From Candidatus Sumerlaeales bacterium (GTDB lineage: Bacteria; Sumerlaeota; Sumerlaeia; Sumerlaeales; Sumerlaeaceae): a DNA stretch of 20,688 nt. Position 1 is the first letter of the stretch. Each line of letters starts with the position of its first letter. Both the position numbers and the translations under genes were made by a program. The notes beneath the pieces were generated by a model. The model saw only the letters and a program-made list of their open reading frames with translations. It did not search any database and was not told where the DNA came from. Positions 1 through 9,776 of the stretch are shown one piece after another. The stretch lies in the NCBI GenBank assembly GCA_038243585.1, contig JBBSQY010000053.1, positions 1 through 20,688 on the forward strand, given 5' to 3'.

Positions 1-1
1 C

Positions 2-595
2 GGCGTTTTTATTTTCTTTCTCCCGGGAGATTCTCTGCTGTTCATCGCCGGTTTCGTATGCTCTGTGGCCGGTGGTCCTTTAGATTTCTGGGTTCTGGCA
101 CCGCTGCTTTGCGTGGCGGCCATTGCCGGTGACGCCGTTGGTTATACTATCGGACGGAAGATGGGGCCCCGAATATTTCAGTTTGGAGACGCAGCCTGGC
201 CGAGCGAATGGTCAGCGAGGGCTGTATGGGCACTGCTGGTTTCTCCTGGCTTTTGGTTTAATCGTAAACATCTGGGCAAAGCTCACGAGTTTTACGAAAA
301 ACATGGCGGCAAGACCATCGTATACGCCCGATTCGTCCCTATTGTCCGCACGTTTGCGCCTCTCGTGGCAGGGGCGGCCGCCATGACCTATGGCCGCTTT
401 GCCAAGTTCAATATTTTTGGCGGTATCGGATGGATTTTTTCCATGATGGCGCTGGGCTTTTATTTTGGTCAGATCGACTTTGTTAAACAAAACCTGGAAA
501 AGGCCGTGCTGCTTGTAATCTTTCTGTCGATTCTTCCCATACTGTTTGAGTTTGGCAAAGCCTACCTGCAAAAGCGCCGGGCTAGCGCATCTTAA
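2..595 (+). CDS. dedA: DedA/SNARE-associated (VTT domain) membrane protein, 5'-truncated by window edge
   Basis: The frame is open from position 2 (GVFIFFLPGDSLLFIAG...). It has the DedA motifs FLPGDSLLF, AIAGDAVGYTIGR and FYEKHGGKTIVYARFVPIVRTFAPLVAG. Confidence 0.92.
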   Translation, partial: GVFIFFLPGDSLLFIAGFVCSVAGGPLDFWVLAPLLCVAAIAGDAVGYTIGRKMGPRIFQFGDAAWPSEWSARAVWALLVSPGFWFNRKHLGKAHEFYEKHGGKTIVYARFVPIVRTFAPLVAGAAAMTYGRFAKFNIFGGIGWIFSMMALGFYFGQIDFVKQNLEKAVLLVIFLSILPILFEFGKAYLQKRRASAS

Positions 596-625
596 CCAGC
601 AACTATCTAAAGACTGTAAGTGCGA

Positions 626-1327
626 TCACTGTTGTTGAACATCAAGTGCGGCCCTCAACAGCGCATTTTCATCAACTCGTTGTTTATAGTCGGGACTCCA
701 GAAAGCGTATTTTATGACGCCGTTGCGGTCAATTATGTATGCTGCCGGCACTGGCAGAATATGGTGACTTTCGCCTGAGCTTTTTTCCAGGTCGATAGGG
801 TTTTTAAATGCCAGGTATCGATTTATCGTTCCATCGTCCACGCGAAAGGCCAGTCCGAAGGCGCGAGTCGCCTGCGCAGAACTGTCCGATAACAAGGTAT
901 AGTTAAGCTGATTCTTTTGGGCGGTCTCCCGCAAAAATTGCGGGGCATCGGGAGAAATGGCGACAATTTGGAAGCCCGCGCTTGTCAGATCATCCTCGAT
1001 CGCGGCCATTTTGGCCAGATGGGTGTTGCAGTATGGACACCACCCACCTCTATAAAAGAGAAGTACGGTCGGGCCGGAGCTATAGATGTCGCGCAGGTTT
1101 AACGGCTTTCCGTCCACTGTAAATACTGGAGCCGACGCGGCCTTTTCGCCCACTTTGAGCGGTTTGACTTCGCTTGGGGTGGTCGCGATATCGGAGGCGG
1201 CATCGGTAATCGTCAGGGCAGGCTGCGCGGATAATTGTGTTGTTTGAGCATTGAAACAAAATGCAGATGCTGATAAAATTAAAGCCGCACCTGACTTCTT
1301 AATAAAATTAGGGCATAATAAGGACAC
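626..1327 (-). CDS. Exported peroxiredoxin-like (AhpC/TSA family) redoxin
   Basis: FYRGGWCPYC motif, VAISPD, LLSD and LPVPAAYIIDRNGVI. N-terminal signal-peptide-like segment. GTG start with AGGAG Shine-Dalgarno 7 nt upstream. Confidence 0.88.
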   Translation of the reverse strand: MSLLCPNFIKKSGAALILSASAFCFNAQTTQLSAQPALTITDAASDIATTPSEVKPLKVGEKAASAPVFTVDGKPLNLRDIYSSGPTVLLFYRGGWCPYCNTHLAKMAAIEDDLTSAGFQIVAISPDAPQFLRETAQKNQLNYTLLSDSSAQATRAFGLAFRVDDGTINRYLAFKNPIDLEKSSGESHHILPVPAAYIIDRNGVIKYAFWSPDYKQRVDENALLRAALDVQQQ

Positions 1328-1544
1328 GATGTTTCTCCTATGGTAAGGTTCTTTTTTACGGACAAGACAAGAACGACACTAAGTAACGATGTACGAGTTT
1401 TGTGCCATATCCGAGAATTCCTGCCAAGTTACTTTCTCATGTCTTTATGGGTTGCAATAGCGTCCGGGGATCACATGAAGTCTCTTCCACATCCGTGTAT
1501 TTGCTTCCTGCAGGCATAATAGTTTTATTTTAAAAAGTTAGACA

Positions 1545-2318
1545 ATGATCAGAAAAACCTGGAACACAGACAAATGGCTTCTTACGGCGCAGGCGGAACA
1601 CGCACGCCTTTCGGCGATCATTGCCGCGTCGTGGCACTTCCCCAGTGATAAACCTTCCGATGAAGTATTTAAATCTGTGCTGACCCATGATGACGGATGG
1701 AGAGAGATAGACGCTGTTCCAAGTGTAAAGACAAACGGGGATCCGCAAAGTTTTGATGAAGTAAAACTTGAGGTTGCTACGCCAATCTATACGCGTTCCA
1801 TCGAAATGCGTAAAGACGCCGGGCATCTTTACGGGGCGTCGCTAGTCGCAGGCCATTTTCTTTATCTTGTGGAAAACGCTGATCTTAGTAGAGCCTCCAC
1901 AGCGGACGCAAAGGCGGCCGGCCAGTTTTTAGCGCGCCAGCGGGCAAACCTGAATTTGATGAAAACGACTATTGAACAAAGAGATGGTGCTGATCAGCTT
2001 CTAAATTACGATCTCGATTTACGTTTTTTACAGGTTTGCGATTATCTTTCACTGCTTCTATGCACGGATTTTACTGGCGAGGAAATCATTGAAGATGTGC
2101 CTTACCTGCATAAGGGCGATGCTCTGACAGTGACCCGTCCGGGTTCCGGCTTGGCGTTATGCCTTTCTCCACTCCCTTTTAAGAAAAATTTGCGCGATCA
2201 CCTGACGTCATGGACGGTACCATTCATGCCCTACGATTCTACAGATGAGCTCCAATATGCCATGGAAGAAATGAAGACTGTTTCTAACGAGGTCCACCTC
2301 GGCGCGCCCAACTGCTGA
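1545..2318 (+). CDS. DUF3891-like protein (HD-like putative metal-binding protein)
   Basis: N-terminal pattern MIR...LL.AQ.EHARLS..IA..W, then HDDGW and LQVCDYLSLLLC, which match my recollection of the DUF3891 family. Confidence 0.7.
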   Translation: MIRKTWNTDKWLLTAQAEHARLSAIIAASWHFPSDKPSDEVFKSVLTHDDGWREIDAVPSVKTNGDPQSFDEVKLEVATPIYTRSIEMRKDAGHLYGASLVAGHFLYLVENADLSRASTADAKAAGQFLARQRANLNLMKTTIEQRDGADQLLNYDLDLRFLQVCDYLSLLLCTDFTGEEIIEDVPYLHKGDALTVTRPGSGLALCLSPLPFKKNLRDHLTSWTVPFMPYDSTDELQYAMEEMKTVSNEVHLGAPNC

Positions 2319-2390
2319 TTGACACTTGCTTCTCTGTATTATGCCTACCATTAATTGATTTTAGAACTTGCTTAAGGATTTTTGATTATC

Positions 2391-2867
2391 ATGAAGAAAC
2401 CATTTCAAACTGCTTCGTTAAAACTAACTCTAACGATGGCCCTTGCGATTTTTACGCTGATGATGCCTGCGTCACCAGGAAACAGCCGGCCATACGCAAG
2501 TGACCCCAGCCAGTGTAAATTCGGCATCGATGTACCGATGAATTATCGCGGCAAGGAAATGATTTGTCTTTATAATCTTGAGAGGCTGCTAGACGCGAAA
2601 CAGGCATGGGCTAAGGATAACCGCGCGGGCCGGGGCAGTCTGGTCCCAAGTTCGGAATCGCTGGCGCACAACTATTTTAGAGAGTACAAGTTTGGGCGAC
2701 GGACGCCTTGTGATGATGAGACGCAGAAACTGGATGCCTACCGTCCTATTTGCCCATCCGGTGGTCAATATATAGTCGGCAACGTGGGTGAGCGCCCAAA
2801 GTGCAGCTATCACGGAGACTCGCTGCGTGACTATGATCAGCACATTCGCGTGCCGCACACCCATTAG
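2391..2867 (+). CDS. Exported Cys-rich hypothetical protein with a pilin/pseudopilin-like globular domain
   Basis: Signal-peptide-like N-terminus (MKKPFQ...LTMALAIFTLMMPA). Pattern C-x-x-NL..L..AKQAWA..N...CPSGGQY.VG...E.PKCS.HG. Alternative TTG start at 2382. Confidence 0.6.
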   Translation: MKKPFQTASLKLTLTMALAIFTLMMPASPGNSRPYASDPSQCKFGIDVPMNYRGKEMICLYNLERLLDAKQAWAKDNRAGRGSLVPSSESLAHNYFREYKFGRRTPCDDETQKLDAYRPICPSGGQYIVGNVGERPKCSYHGDSLRDYDQHIRVPHTH

Positions 2868-2881
2868 TTCCGGCGTTTACC

Positions 2882-3523
2882 ATGACAAATGACACCCCTG
2901 CCGTAATTGGCGTAATGGCTTCAGGTCGCGGCTCTAATTTTGCCGCGCTGTTGCAACGGCAAACCGAAAACTACTTTCAAAACGCCAAAATTGCGTGCTT
3001 GATTTCCAACCGTCCTGCCGCCCCAGTACTGGATCTGGCTCAGGAGGCGGGCATTGCTGCCTACCCGGTGCCGCCGGGGGATTTCGACTCCCTGGAAGTT
3101 TATGAGCGAGAAATCGTTCGACTCTTTGATCAGCATGAGATAAACTGGCTGGTATTGGCAGGATATATGAAAATAGTCGGGCCAACTATATTGACCAGAT
3201 ATGGCGGCCAAATTATTAATATCCATCCTTCTCTGCTTCCGGCCTTCCCAGGGCTGAATGCCCAGCGGCAAGCCCTTGATTACGGAGTTCGCGTATCCGG
3301 CTGTACTGTGCATTTTGTTGACGACGGACTTGATTCCGGACCTATTATTGCCCAGCGTAGCGTACCTGTTATGCCGGGAGACACCGAAGAAGACCTCTCA
3401 GCACGAATTCTCGTGGAAGAGCATGAACTGTTTCCGCGGTGTGTAAGAGCCATAACCGAATATGCCTGGAAATTGGAGGGACGGCGTGTGGTCTTCGAAG
3501 ACCGCAATCCTGGATCCCCCTGA
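2882..3523 (+). CDS. purN: Phosphoribosylglycinamide formyltransferase
   Basis: ASGRGSNF, LAGYMKI, INIHPSLLPAFPG, GCTVHFVD.GLDSGPII.Q and EH.LFP motifs. Confidence 0.97.
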   Translation: MTNDTPAVIGVMASGRGSNFAALLQRQTENYFQNAKIACLISNRPAAPVLDLAQEAGIAAYPVPPGDFDSLEVYEREIVRLFDQHEINWLVLAGYMKIVGPTILTRYGGQIINIHPSLLPAFPGLNAQRQALDYGVRVSGCTVHFVDDGLDSGPIIAQRSVPVMPGDTEEDLSARILVEEHELFPRCVRAITEYAWKLEGRRVVFEDRNPGSP

Positions 3524-3559
3524 CCCCCATTACTATATTGAAAAGCAGTCAACGCACTT

Positions 3560-4852
3560 ATGATAGAACGTTATTCAACACCGGAAATGAAAGACCTTTG
3601 GAGCGAGCAGGCAAAATTTCAGGCATGGCTTGATGTGGAGCTTGCAGCCTGCGAAGCCTGGACAGCAGTCGGCAAAATATCCGCAGAAGATATGGCGACC
3701 ATTCGCGACAAAGCTGCATTTACGGTGGACCGCATTGAGGAACTGGACAATACTCTCCACCACGACGTCATTGCCTTTACCACTAATTTGGCGGAAAACA
3801 TCGGCCCCGCATCCCGTTTTGTTCACCTTGGCCTTACATCCACGGATGTGGTGGATACGGCACAGGCGCTGCGCCTGCGTCAGGCCGGCGAGCTCATCCT
3901 GGATGAACTCGACAAGCTTATTGAAACATTAAAAACGCTGGCCATTGATCACCGGGGAACGGTTATGATGGGCCGCACTCACGGCGTTCACGCCGAACCT
4001 ATCACCCTGGGTCTTAAATTTCTGGTGACCCACCAGGAAATGTTGCGCAACAAGCGACGCCTTGAGCAAGCGCTGGCAGACGTCGCCGTCGGAAAGATCA
4101 GCGGCGCAGTCGGAACTCACGCCCATACCGGGCCGGCGTTCGAAGAAAAGATTTGCGAACATCTTAACCTAAAACCAGCCGAAGTGGCCACGCAGGTTCT
4201 TCAGCGGGATCGACACGCCGCTTTTGTCGCAGCCATAGCCGTTTGCGGCGGAACTATCGAAAAAATGGCTGTGGAAATTCGCCACCTTCAGCGGACAGAG
4301 GTCCGTGAGCTGGAAGAGCCATTTGCCAAAGGGCAAAAAGGCAGCAGCGCTATGCCTCACAAGCGTAACCCCGTTAAGTGTGAACAACTGACCGGTCTCA
4401 GCCGCCTCCTGCGCGGCTATTCAACGGCCGCTATGGAAAACCAGGCACTCTGGCACGAGCGCGATATCAGCCATTCCAGTGCTGAACGGGTGCTGATTGG
4501 CGACAGTACTACCCTGATTCATTATATGATACGTCTGCTCAACAAGGTGCTTTCCGGTCTGCACGTTTACCCGGAGACCATGCTCTCCAATATGGAAAAG
4601 ACGCGAGGGTTACTTTTTTCACAAAAAACGCTGCTTTCAATCGTTGAAAAGGGTCTAAGCCGTGAAGAGGCTTACGACGTCGTTCAAACCGCTGCCATGG
4701 CAACCTGGGCAGATCCTGACAAAACATTAAAGGCGGAATTGTTGAAAGACAGCCGGAATCCGCTGTCAGAAGCTGAATTGACAGAGCTTATGAACTATAA
4801 GCACTTTCTGAAATATATAGATGATATCTATGCAAGAACCAGTATAGCTTAA
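3560..4852 (+). CDS. purB: Adenylosuccinate lyase
   Basis: MIERYS N-terminus, HDVIAF, VHLGLTSTDVVDTA, GRTHGVHAEP, fumarate-lyase signature GSSAMPHKRNP and WHERDISHSS. Confidence 0.98.
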   Translation: MIERYSTPEMKDLWSEQAKFQAWLDVELAACEAWTAVGKISAEDMATIRDKAAFTVDRIEELDNTLHHDVIAFTTNLAENIGPASRFVHLGLTSTDVVDTAQALRLRQAGELILDELDKLIETLKTLAIDHRGTVMMGRTHGVHAEPITLGLKFLVTHQEMLRNKRRLEQALADVAVGKISGAVGTHAHTGPAFEEKICEHLNLKPAEVATQVLQRDRHAAFVAAIAVCGGTIEKMAVEIRHLQRTEVRELEEPFAKGQKGSSAMPHKRNPVKCEQLTGLSRLLRGYSTAAMENQALWHERDISHSSAERVLIGDSTTLIHYMIRLLNKVLSGLHVYPETMLSNMEKTRGLLFSQKTLLSIVEKGLSREEAYDVVQTAAMATWADPDKTLKAELLKDSRNPLSEAELTELMNYKHFLKYIDDIYARTSIA

Positions 4853-4937
4853 AATTTTTCGGTTCTTAACAATGATTGGCACCATCCAGCGTCCAATGTT
4901 ATAAACTTGTCAGAGATTTATGGAGAGGGCCCTAAAC

Positions 4938-6671
4938 GTGTTTCAAAAACTTGCCACTATCGCGCTACTGCTATGTGCTTCCGCCGGCTTTGCCGAGGTC
5001 GTCACCATTGAGAGCTTTGAAAACGACGGGGATCCTGCCAACTGGCAGGTAAACGTTACGGCTGGCCACACGCTAAACGCCACTGTCACAGGCCCTGTGC
5101 CGGAGTTTGTAACAACAGATGTGACAGAGGGAATTCTGGCGGGCAAATTCCTTGCCACCTGGAACCAGACAACCAGCCCGACAGCCGAAAATGTGTATGA
5201 TGTGGATGGACCTTCAGTCTACTGGGCGGTGCGCTATAATGTCAATGCGCCCGCTTCGCTCCCCAATAACTCCATTGCGACCGCTGATGGACTTTTGCAG
5301 GCGGATATAACAAATCTTTCTTCCGCCCCCGTCTGGGTCGCGTTAGCGGTAGATAGTGTTGTCAGTTCACAGCTTGAACGTGGCCCGCTGCACCTGATCG
5401 ACGCTGGATCATCAGCCACTTATGTCTGGGATTTCGCGACAACGCCGCCGGTTGGTTTTGACACGGGTGATGGTGTATTCAGTGGCGATGTCCAGCGGCT
5501 GAAGTCGCTGCTTGTCTACACGCCGGTCCAACCGACAGATTCGACGCTGGCGCTTACGGTGGATAATATCCGCAACGGCAACAGCCCTCCAATTCCGACC
5601 GTCGATCCTCCGAAAATTCTTTCTCTTACTCAGGGCGTCAGCCCTGGCGAAGCTGTATTAACATGGGCTGCTGAGTCTGACCCCAATGTCGCTGCTTATA
5701 GTATTTTTGTCGCCACGGACGTAAACTTCGGAACTCCGGAAATTAACCGTCTCACATTTCCACAAAATCCTGTTACCACGGTGCCTGCGGCGCAGCGTTC
5801 TGTAGTATTGTCAGGTTTGCCTACCGATCGAAGTGTCTATGTTAAAGTCGGCGACAGCTCCTCGTTTAAGGACGAAGGAGAGGACGTGTTTAATCCAGTA
5901 TTTACCGCGTTTCTAAATGCCGATGGAGCGCCTCCTCAGGATCGAATTGTCATTGATCACAACCTGCTGGCCTATGACGATCTAAATTTTGTTAAATACG
6001 GGTATGCCCATGCAGCTGTATATACAGCACAGGCGCTGGCCGGTTTAGACCGGACGTTCGACTCTGTTTCTGCGGAAGCGGTTGATACCGGTGTCGCTTC
6101 ATTAACTCCCGCCCCGGACGGAATTGTTATCTGGAGCAATCTAAAAGATGGCGAAATCGCCGGCACTTCTCTTTCCTCACCATCCCGATTGGCGATTTCC
6201 AACTTTCTTGCTAATGACGGAAAACTTATAATCTCAGGGTCGGCGTTAGCTCAGGATTTAGGAGCATCCCCTGGAGTCCTTGAAGCGCTGTTCCAGGCGT
6301 CGCTCCAGACCGGCAACATAGGCGTATCAGTTATCAAGCCGATCGCTCCGCTGACTACCGCCCCGTTGTCTACGGGCCTCAACCCGGCAACAAACGCCGT
6401 TGCCTATTTCAGCAGCGACAATGACGGCATCTTGCCCGCCGGCGGCAGCGCTTCCCTTGCAACTTACAATAATATACCAGCAGTAAATTCTGTCGCGGCC
6501 GTCGGGAAGGAAAACTCCTTTGTATTTCTAGGGTTTGCTTTCGAAACCGTTGGCAACTCCTCCGGGCCTTCTGCCAGTGCGCTGGCCCGCGAGAATTTGA
6601 TGAACGACATGGTAAATTATCTTAACGGAATCGGCGAAACGGACGCAAAAGACTGGCAGCTGTTCAACTAA
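4938..6671 (+). CDS. Secreted/surface protein: beta-rich N-domain, FN3-like middle, alpha/beta C-domain, terminal DWQLF motif
   Basis: Signal peptide (FQKLATIALLLCASAGFA|EVV). GTG 4938 follows GGAGAGG (alternative ATG at 4920). Pro-rich linker SPPIPTVDPP; FN3-like AVLTW...Y.I...LSGLP...VYVKV; C-terminus ETDAKDWQLFN. Confidence 0.7.
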   Translation: MFQKLATIALLLCASAGFAEVVTIESFENDGDPANWQVNVTAGHTLNATVTGPVPEFVTTDVTEGILAGKFLATWNQTTSPTAENVYDVDGPSVYWAVRYNVNAPASLPNNSIATADGLLQADITNLSSAPVWVALAVDSVVSSQLERGPLHLIDAGSSATYVWDFATTPPVGFDTGDGVFSGDVQRLKSLLVYTPVQPTDSTLALTVDNIRNGNSPPIPTVDPPKILSLTQGVSPGEAVLTWAAESDPNVAAYSIFVATDVNFGTPEINRLTFPQNPVTTVPAAQRSVVLSGLPTDRSVYVKVGDSSSFKDEGEDVFNPVFTAFLNADGAPPQDRIVIDHNLLAYDDLNFVKYGYAHAAVYTAQALAGLDRTFDSVSAEAVDTGVASLTPAPDGIVIWSNLKDGEIAGTSLSSPSRLAISNFLANDGKLIISGSALAQDLGASPGVLEALFQASLQTGNIGVSVIKPIAPLTTAPLSTGLNPATNAVAYFSSDNDGILPAGGSASLATYNNIPAVNSVAAVGKENSFVFLGFAFETVGNSSGPSASALARENLMNDMVNYLNGIGETDAKDWQLFN

Positions 6672-6716
6672 CAGAAACTCTTGCCATTCCCATGTTCCGG
6701 TGGGAAATCAGGGGTC

Positions 6717-8168
6717 ATGCAGACTGATAAATTAACCCTTGTTGTTATCTTTCAGGACGATGACTACTCGTCCTGCGTCCGGTACATTTTTGATTTGTTT
6801 AGTCGCGTACATGGCTATGCTTGCCATTTTGTTGCGGATAATCAGGATAGGATGGCAACGGCGGATGTCGTCATCAAGTATGGCGAGATGACGCCTTTTA
6901 GCGACTCAGGCTCTGACACTCCTACCATAAACGTTCATCGCTGCCGGTTTTTTAGCGATGAGTTTGGCAAGTCCAACAAGCCGCCGGAAAACTTCAGTCT
7001 CCTTTTGACAGCCTCAAAAGCAACCGCATTTATGACGATGGCCCAACGAACCGCTACTAGCGCCACTATTGTGCACGATGTTATTGCTGCCGCGTTTTAC
7101 CTGCTCAGTGGTTACCACGACTGGACCACACAGTTGCGGGATCCGGCAGGGCGTGTCCTTTCAAGCCAGATCGCTCTGCCTGTCGAGACTTGGGACATGC
7201 CTCACGTAAACCACTGGTTTCGACAGCTTGATGAGCTCGTTCGTTCGTTACATCGGCGTGAGACAGAGACCACACAGCCCGCTATGACGCCCGCTGGCCT
7301 TCAGACGATATGCCTTACCCATGACGTAGATCTTCTGCGCAAATACCGTCCCGGCAACCTTGGACGCCACCTGACGCGGACGGCCAAAGCCAATCCCGCG
7401 CAAATGCTTAGTGAAACACGGCGAGCCGCACGGGTCTTGTCTGGCCGAGAGCGTGACCCATACGACAGCATCGATAGCCTGTATACAGTAAAAGAGCGCA
7501 TTTCCGCTCCCTCAACATTTTTCTTTCTTGGCAGCAAACCAGGTGGCCACAATGGGGACTACCAGGCAGGCGGTCGCGAGGCCCGAAATCTCATGACCCG
7601 GGCCCGAGGCTTCGGAGATGAACTGGCGTTCCACGGCAGCTGGGAATCGTCCGATTCCGCTGAGCTCACGCGCGATGAAAAAGAAAAGGTTCAGCAGGCC
7701 GTGCAAACTCCAATCCAAGGGGCTCGTCAGCATTATCTGCGTTTTGAAACCCCTGACACTTGGAAACACCTTGCCTCTGCTGGTATCCGATATGACTCTT
7801 CGGGCGGTTTTCCCGATCGCTGCGGGTTTAAATACGGGTGGTCCGGTTGCTTTTACCCGTTTGATCTGGACGCCATGCACCCGCTGCCGATCCTTGAAAT
7901 TCCGCTCGTATGCATGGACATAACCTTGTCATCGTATGAAAAAATTCCGGCTGAACTCGCGCTGGAAAGGCTTTCTACCCTCCTCGACAGTGCATGTGAC
8001 GGAGTGCCAGGCGGCGCTTTTGTGTTCCTCTGGCATAACGTAATGGGCGACCGAGTCGCCTATCCCGGCTATTTTGACACTTTCGAATACTTCTTTTCTG
8101 TGGCATCCGGCAGCGCTCGCTATATCACCATGGCGCAGCTTTGCGATGAGTTTGAGTCTCCTCGTTGA
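6717..8168 (+). CDS. Polysaccharide deacetylase family protein (CE4-like/NodB fold) with N-terminal extension
   Basis: CLTHDVD, STFFFL, ELAFHGS, GARQHYLRF, GIRYDSS.GF, LEIPLVCMD and FLWHN motifs. Alternative TTG start at 6681. Confidence 0.85.
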   Translation: MQTDKLTLVVIFQDDDYSSCVRYIFDLFSRVHGYACHFVADNQDRMATADVVIKYGEMTPFSDSGSDTPTINVHRCRFFSDEFGKSNKPPENFSLLLTASKATAFMTMAQRTATSATIVHDVIAAAFYLLSGYHDWTTQLRDPAGRVLSSQIALPVETWDMPHVNHWFRQLDELVRSLHRRETETTQPAMTPAGLQTICLTHDVDLLRKYRPGNLGRHLTRTAKANPAQMLSETRRAARVLSGRERDPYDSIDSLYTVKERISAPSTFFFLGSKPGGHNGDYQAGGREARNLMTRARGFGDELAFHGSWESSDSAELTRDEKEKVQQAVQTPIQGARQHYLRFETPDTWKHLASAGIRYDSSGGFPDRCGFKYGWSGCFYPFDLDAMHPLPILEIPLVCMDITLSSYEKIPAELALERLSTLLDSACDGVPGGAFVFLWHNVMGDRVAYPGYFDTFEYFFSVASGSARYITMAQLCDEFESPR

Positions 8169-9736
8169 TTCACGACCGGGATTTCAGCAGTCCGGCTATA
8201 TCTCGCGTCGAAAAGCTCACTCTGCTCTTACTTGCGTTGCTTTATGCCGTGCCTGTTATTGTCTGCTGGAACAGTGGATATCTGGATTTTGGCGACGGCA
8301 ACTATATGTATATTTCCTGGCGGCTTAGCCAAGGCGCTGTCCTGTACCGCGACATCCTGGCCCCTCAGCCTCCGCTGCATCTCTACATCGGCGCCGGGTT
8401 GGCGTGGTTGGGAGAGCGATTACTCCCCCACCCATTGTGGGCTTTCCGCGGCTTCAGCCTGGCGTTGCACCTGGCGACGATGGTGTTGGTGTGGATGACA
8501 GCACGGGTCGTTCACAGCAAAAATGGCAGTACCGCCCATCCAGTTATTCCACTGGCAGCCGCCGCCATTTATCTCCTGCTGCCTATTGGCTTCTGGTGGA
8601 CACTGGGATATCAGTCACAACCGCTGCTGATATTTCTCCTTCTGATCATGTTTTATGGGGTAGTTCGCAATACAGGTAAACTGACAGGAGTCGCCGCAGC
8701 AGCGGCAGGCCTTGCGCTGCTGACCAACATGACCACCGCCCCCTACGTGCTTTTCACCGGAGGTTGGCTGCTCCTTCGACATTTCCGCCACGGGCTATTG
8801 TTCTGCCTGCTTACCGCTCTGCCGTCCCTCATTGTCATTCCGACCATGGAGGCCTATACCGGGGCCTATATCAGCAACGTTTTTGAAAATCAGGCAGGAG
8901 CCTTTCCCCGGCCGGATGTCCTTGCTCAATCCGGCCAAACGGTGTCCGGTTACGTCATGGGAAAAATTATCACGGAGGGCGGAGACGTGCTTCGCCTGGA
9001 GGGATCTTGGGTCGCCCTTGCCGCTTTAGGAATGCTGATTTACGGGGCACGACGCAGGCAGATTGCCACAGAGTACGTGCTATTTTTTTCGTTTTTCAGC
9101 CTTTGCTCAATCCTGTACGTCGCCAAAGGCGGCACGGTAGACTATGTGTTCTCCCTCGCAGAGCCCTATGTAGCCATTTTTGCAGCGACATCCGTGGTTG
9201 CTGCCGGCTCGTATTTCTGTCGAATGTGGCGCGAGAGTCCGAGCTGGAAAAATCTTACCCCCCTGGCCGCGCCCTTTATAGGTTTAGTGCTACTTCTGGC
9301 AGTCGCATGGCCAGGCATCCACTTTTCTTACCTGACCCTGAACCAGCAAACTTATGAACTTACGGAACCAGAGACCATGCGTCTCGTATCATGGATAAGA
9401 CAACGAACCAAACCCGATGACCTAATTATTGCCCCACCCCATCTGGCTTTTATGGCACGTCGGCATATCGTTGAGGATTACAGCGAACACTTTCTGTGGC
9501 GTCTGAAATACATGAACGAACGGCTGGACGGAGAGGAAGGTCGCGCCGTAAAAACCATTCAGGCTATGGCCGCGCAGCTAAACCAGAAAAACCTGCCATT
9601 CCTGGTGCTCGATATGAACCAGACAGGCATCCTGCCGGAAATCATTCAAGCCGTCGAGGCAAATTACCGACCCCTGCTCGACGAACCGCTGCGGACACTT
9701 AACACCCCGCTCCAACTCTATGAGCCGAAGCGATGA
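8165..9736 (+). CDS. Polytopic membrane protein, probable GT-C fold glycosyltransferase (ArnT/PMT-like)
   Basis: The first TM helix is followed by DFGDGNYMY...G.VLYRDI..PQPPL, a typical GT-C first-loop pattern. About 10 or more hydrophobic segments and a soluble C-terminal domain. The TTG start overlaps the upstream TGA (TTGA 8165-8168). Confidence 0.7.
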   Translation: MIHDRDFSSPAISRVEKLTLLLLALLYAVPVIVCWNSGYLDFGDGNYMYISWRLSQGAVLYRDILAPQPPLHLYIGAGLAWLGERLLPHPLWAFRGFSLALHLATMVLVWMTARVVHSKNGSTAHPVIPLAAAAIYLLLPIGFWWTLGYQSQPLLIFLLLIMFYGVVRNTGKLTGVAAAAAGLALLTNMTTAPYVLFTGGWLLLRHFRHGLLFCLLTALPSLIVIPTMEAYTGAYISNVFENQAGAFPRPDVLAQSGQTVSGYVMGKIITEGGDVLRLEGSWVALAALGMLIYGARRRQIATEYVLFFSFFSLCSILYVAKGGTVDYVFSLAEPYVAIFAATSVVAAGSYFCRMWRESPSWKNLTPLAAPFIGLVLLLAVAWPGIHFSYLTLNQQTYELTEPETMRLVSWIRQRTKPDDLIIAPPHLAFMARRHIVEDYSEHFLWRLKYMNERLDGEEGRAVKTIQAMAAQLNQKNLPFLVLDMNQTGILPEIIQAVEANYRPLLDEPLRTLNTPLQLYEPKR

Positions 9737-9776
9737 ATAGCATTCAAGAAGAGTATTTAATGTAAAATCTTAATTC

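Noticed and set aside
2319..2351. TTGACA hexamers at 2319, 13930 and 19559 as sigma-70 promoters
   Set aside because: None has a good -10 hexamer at 16-18 bp spacing.
4876..4892. TGGCAC as a sigma-54 promoter upstream of the secreted protein
   Set aside because: No GC at the required GG-N10-GC spacing.
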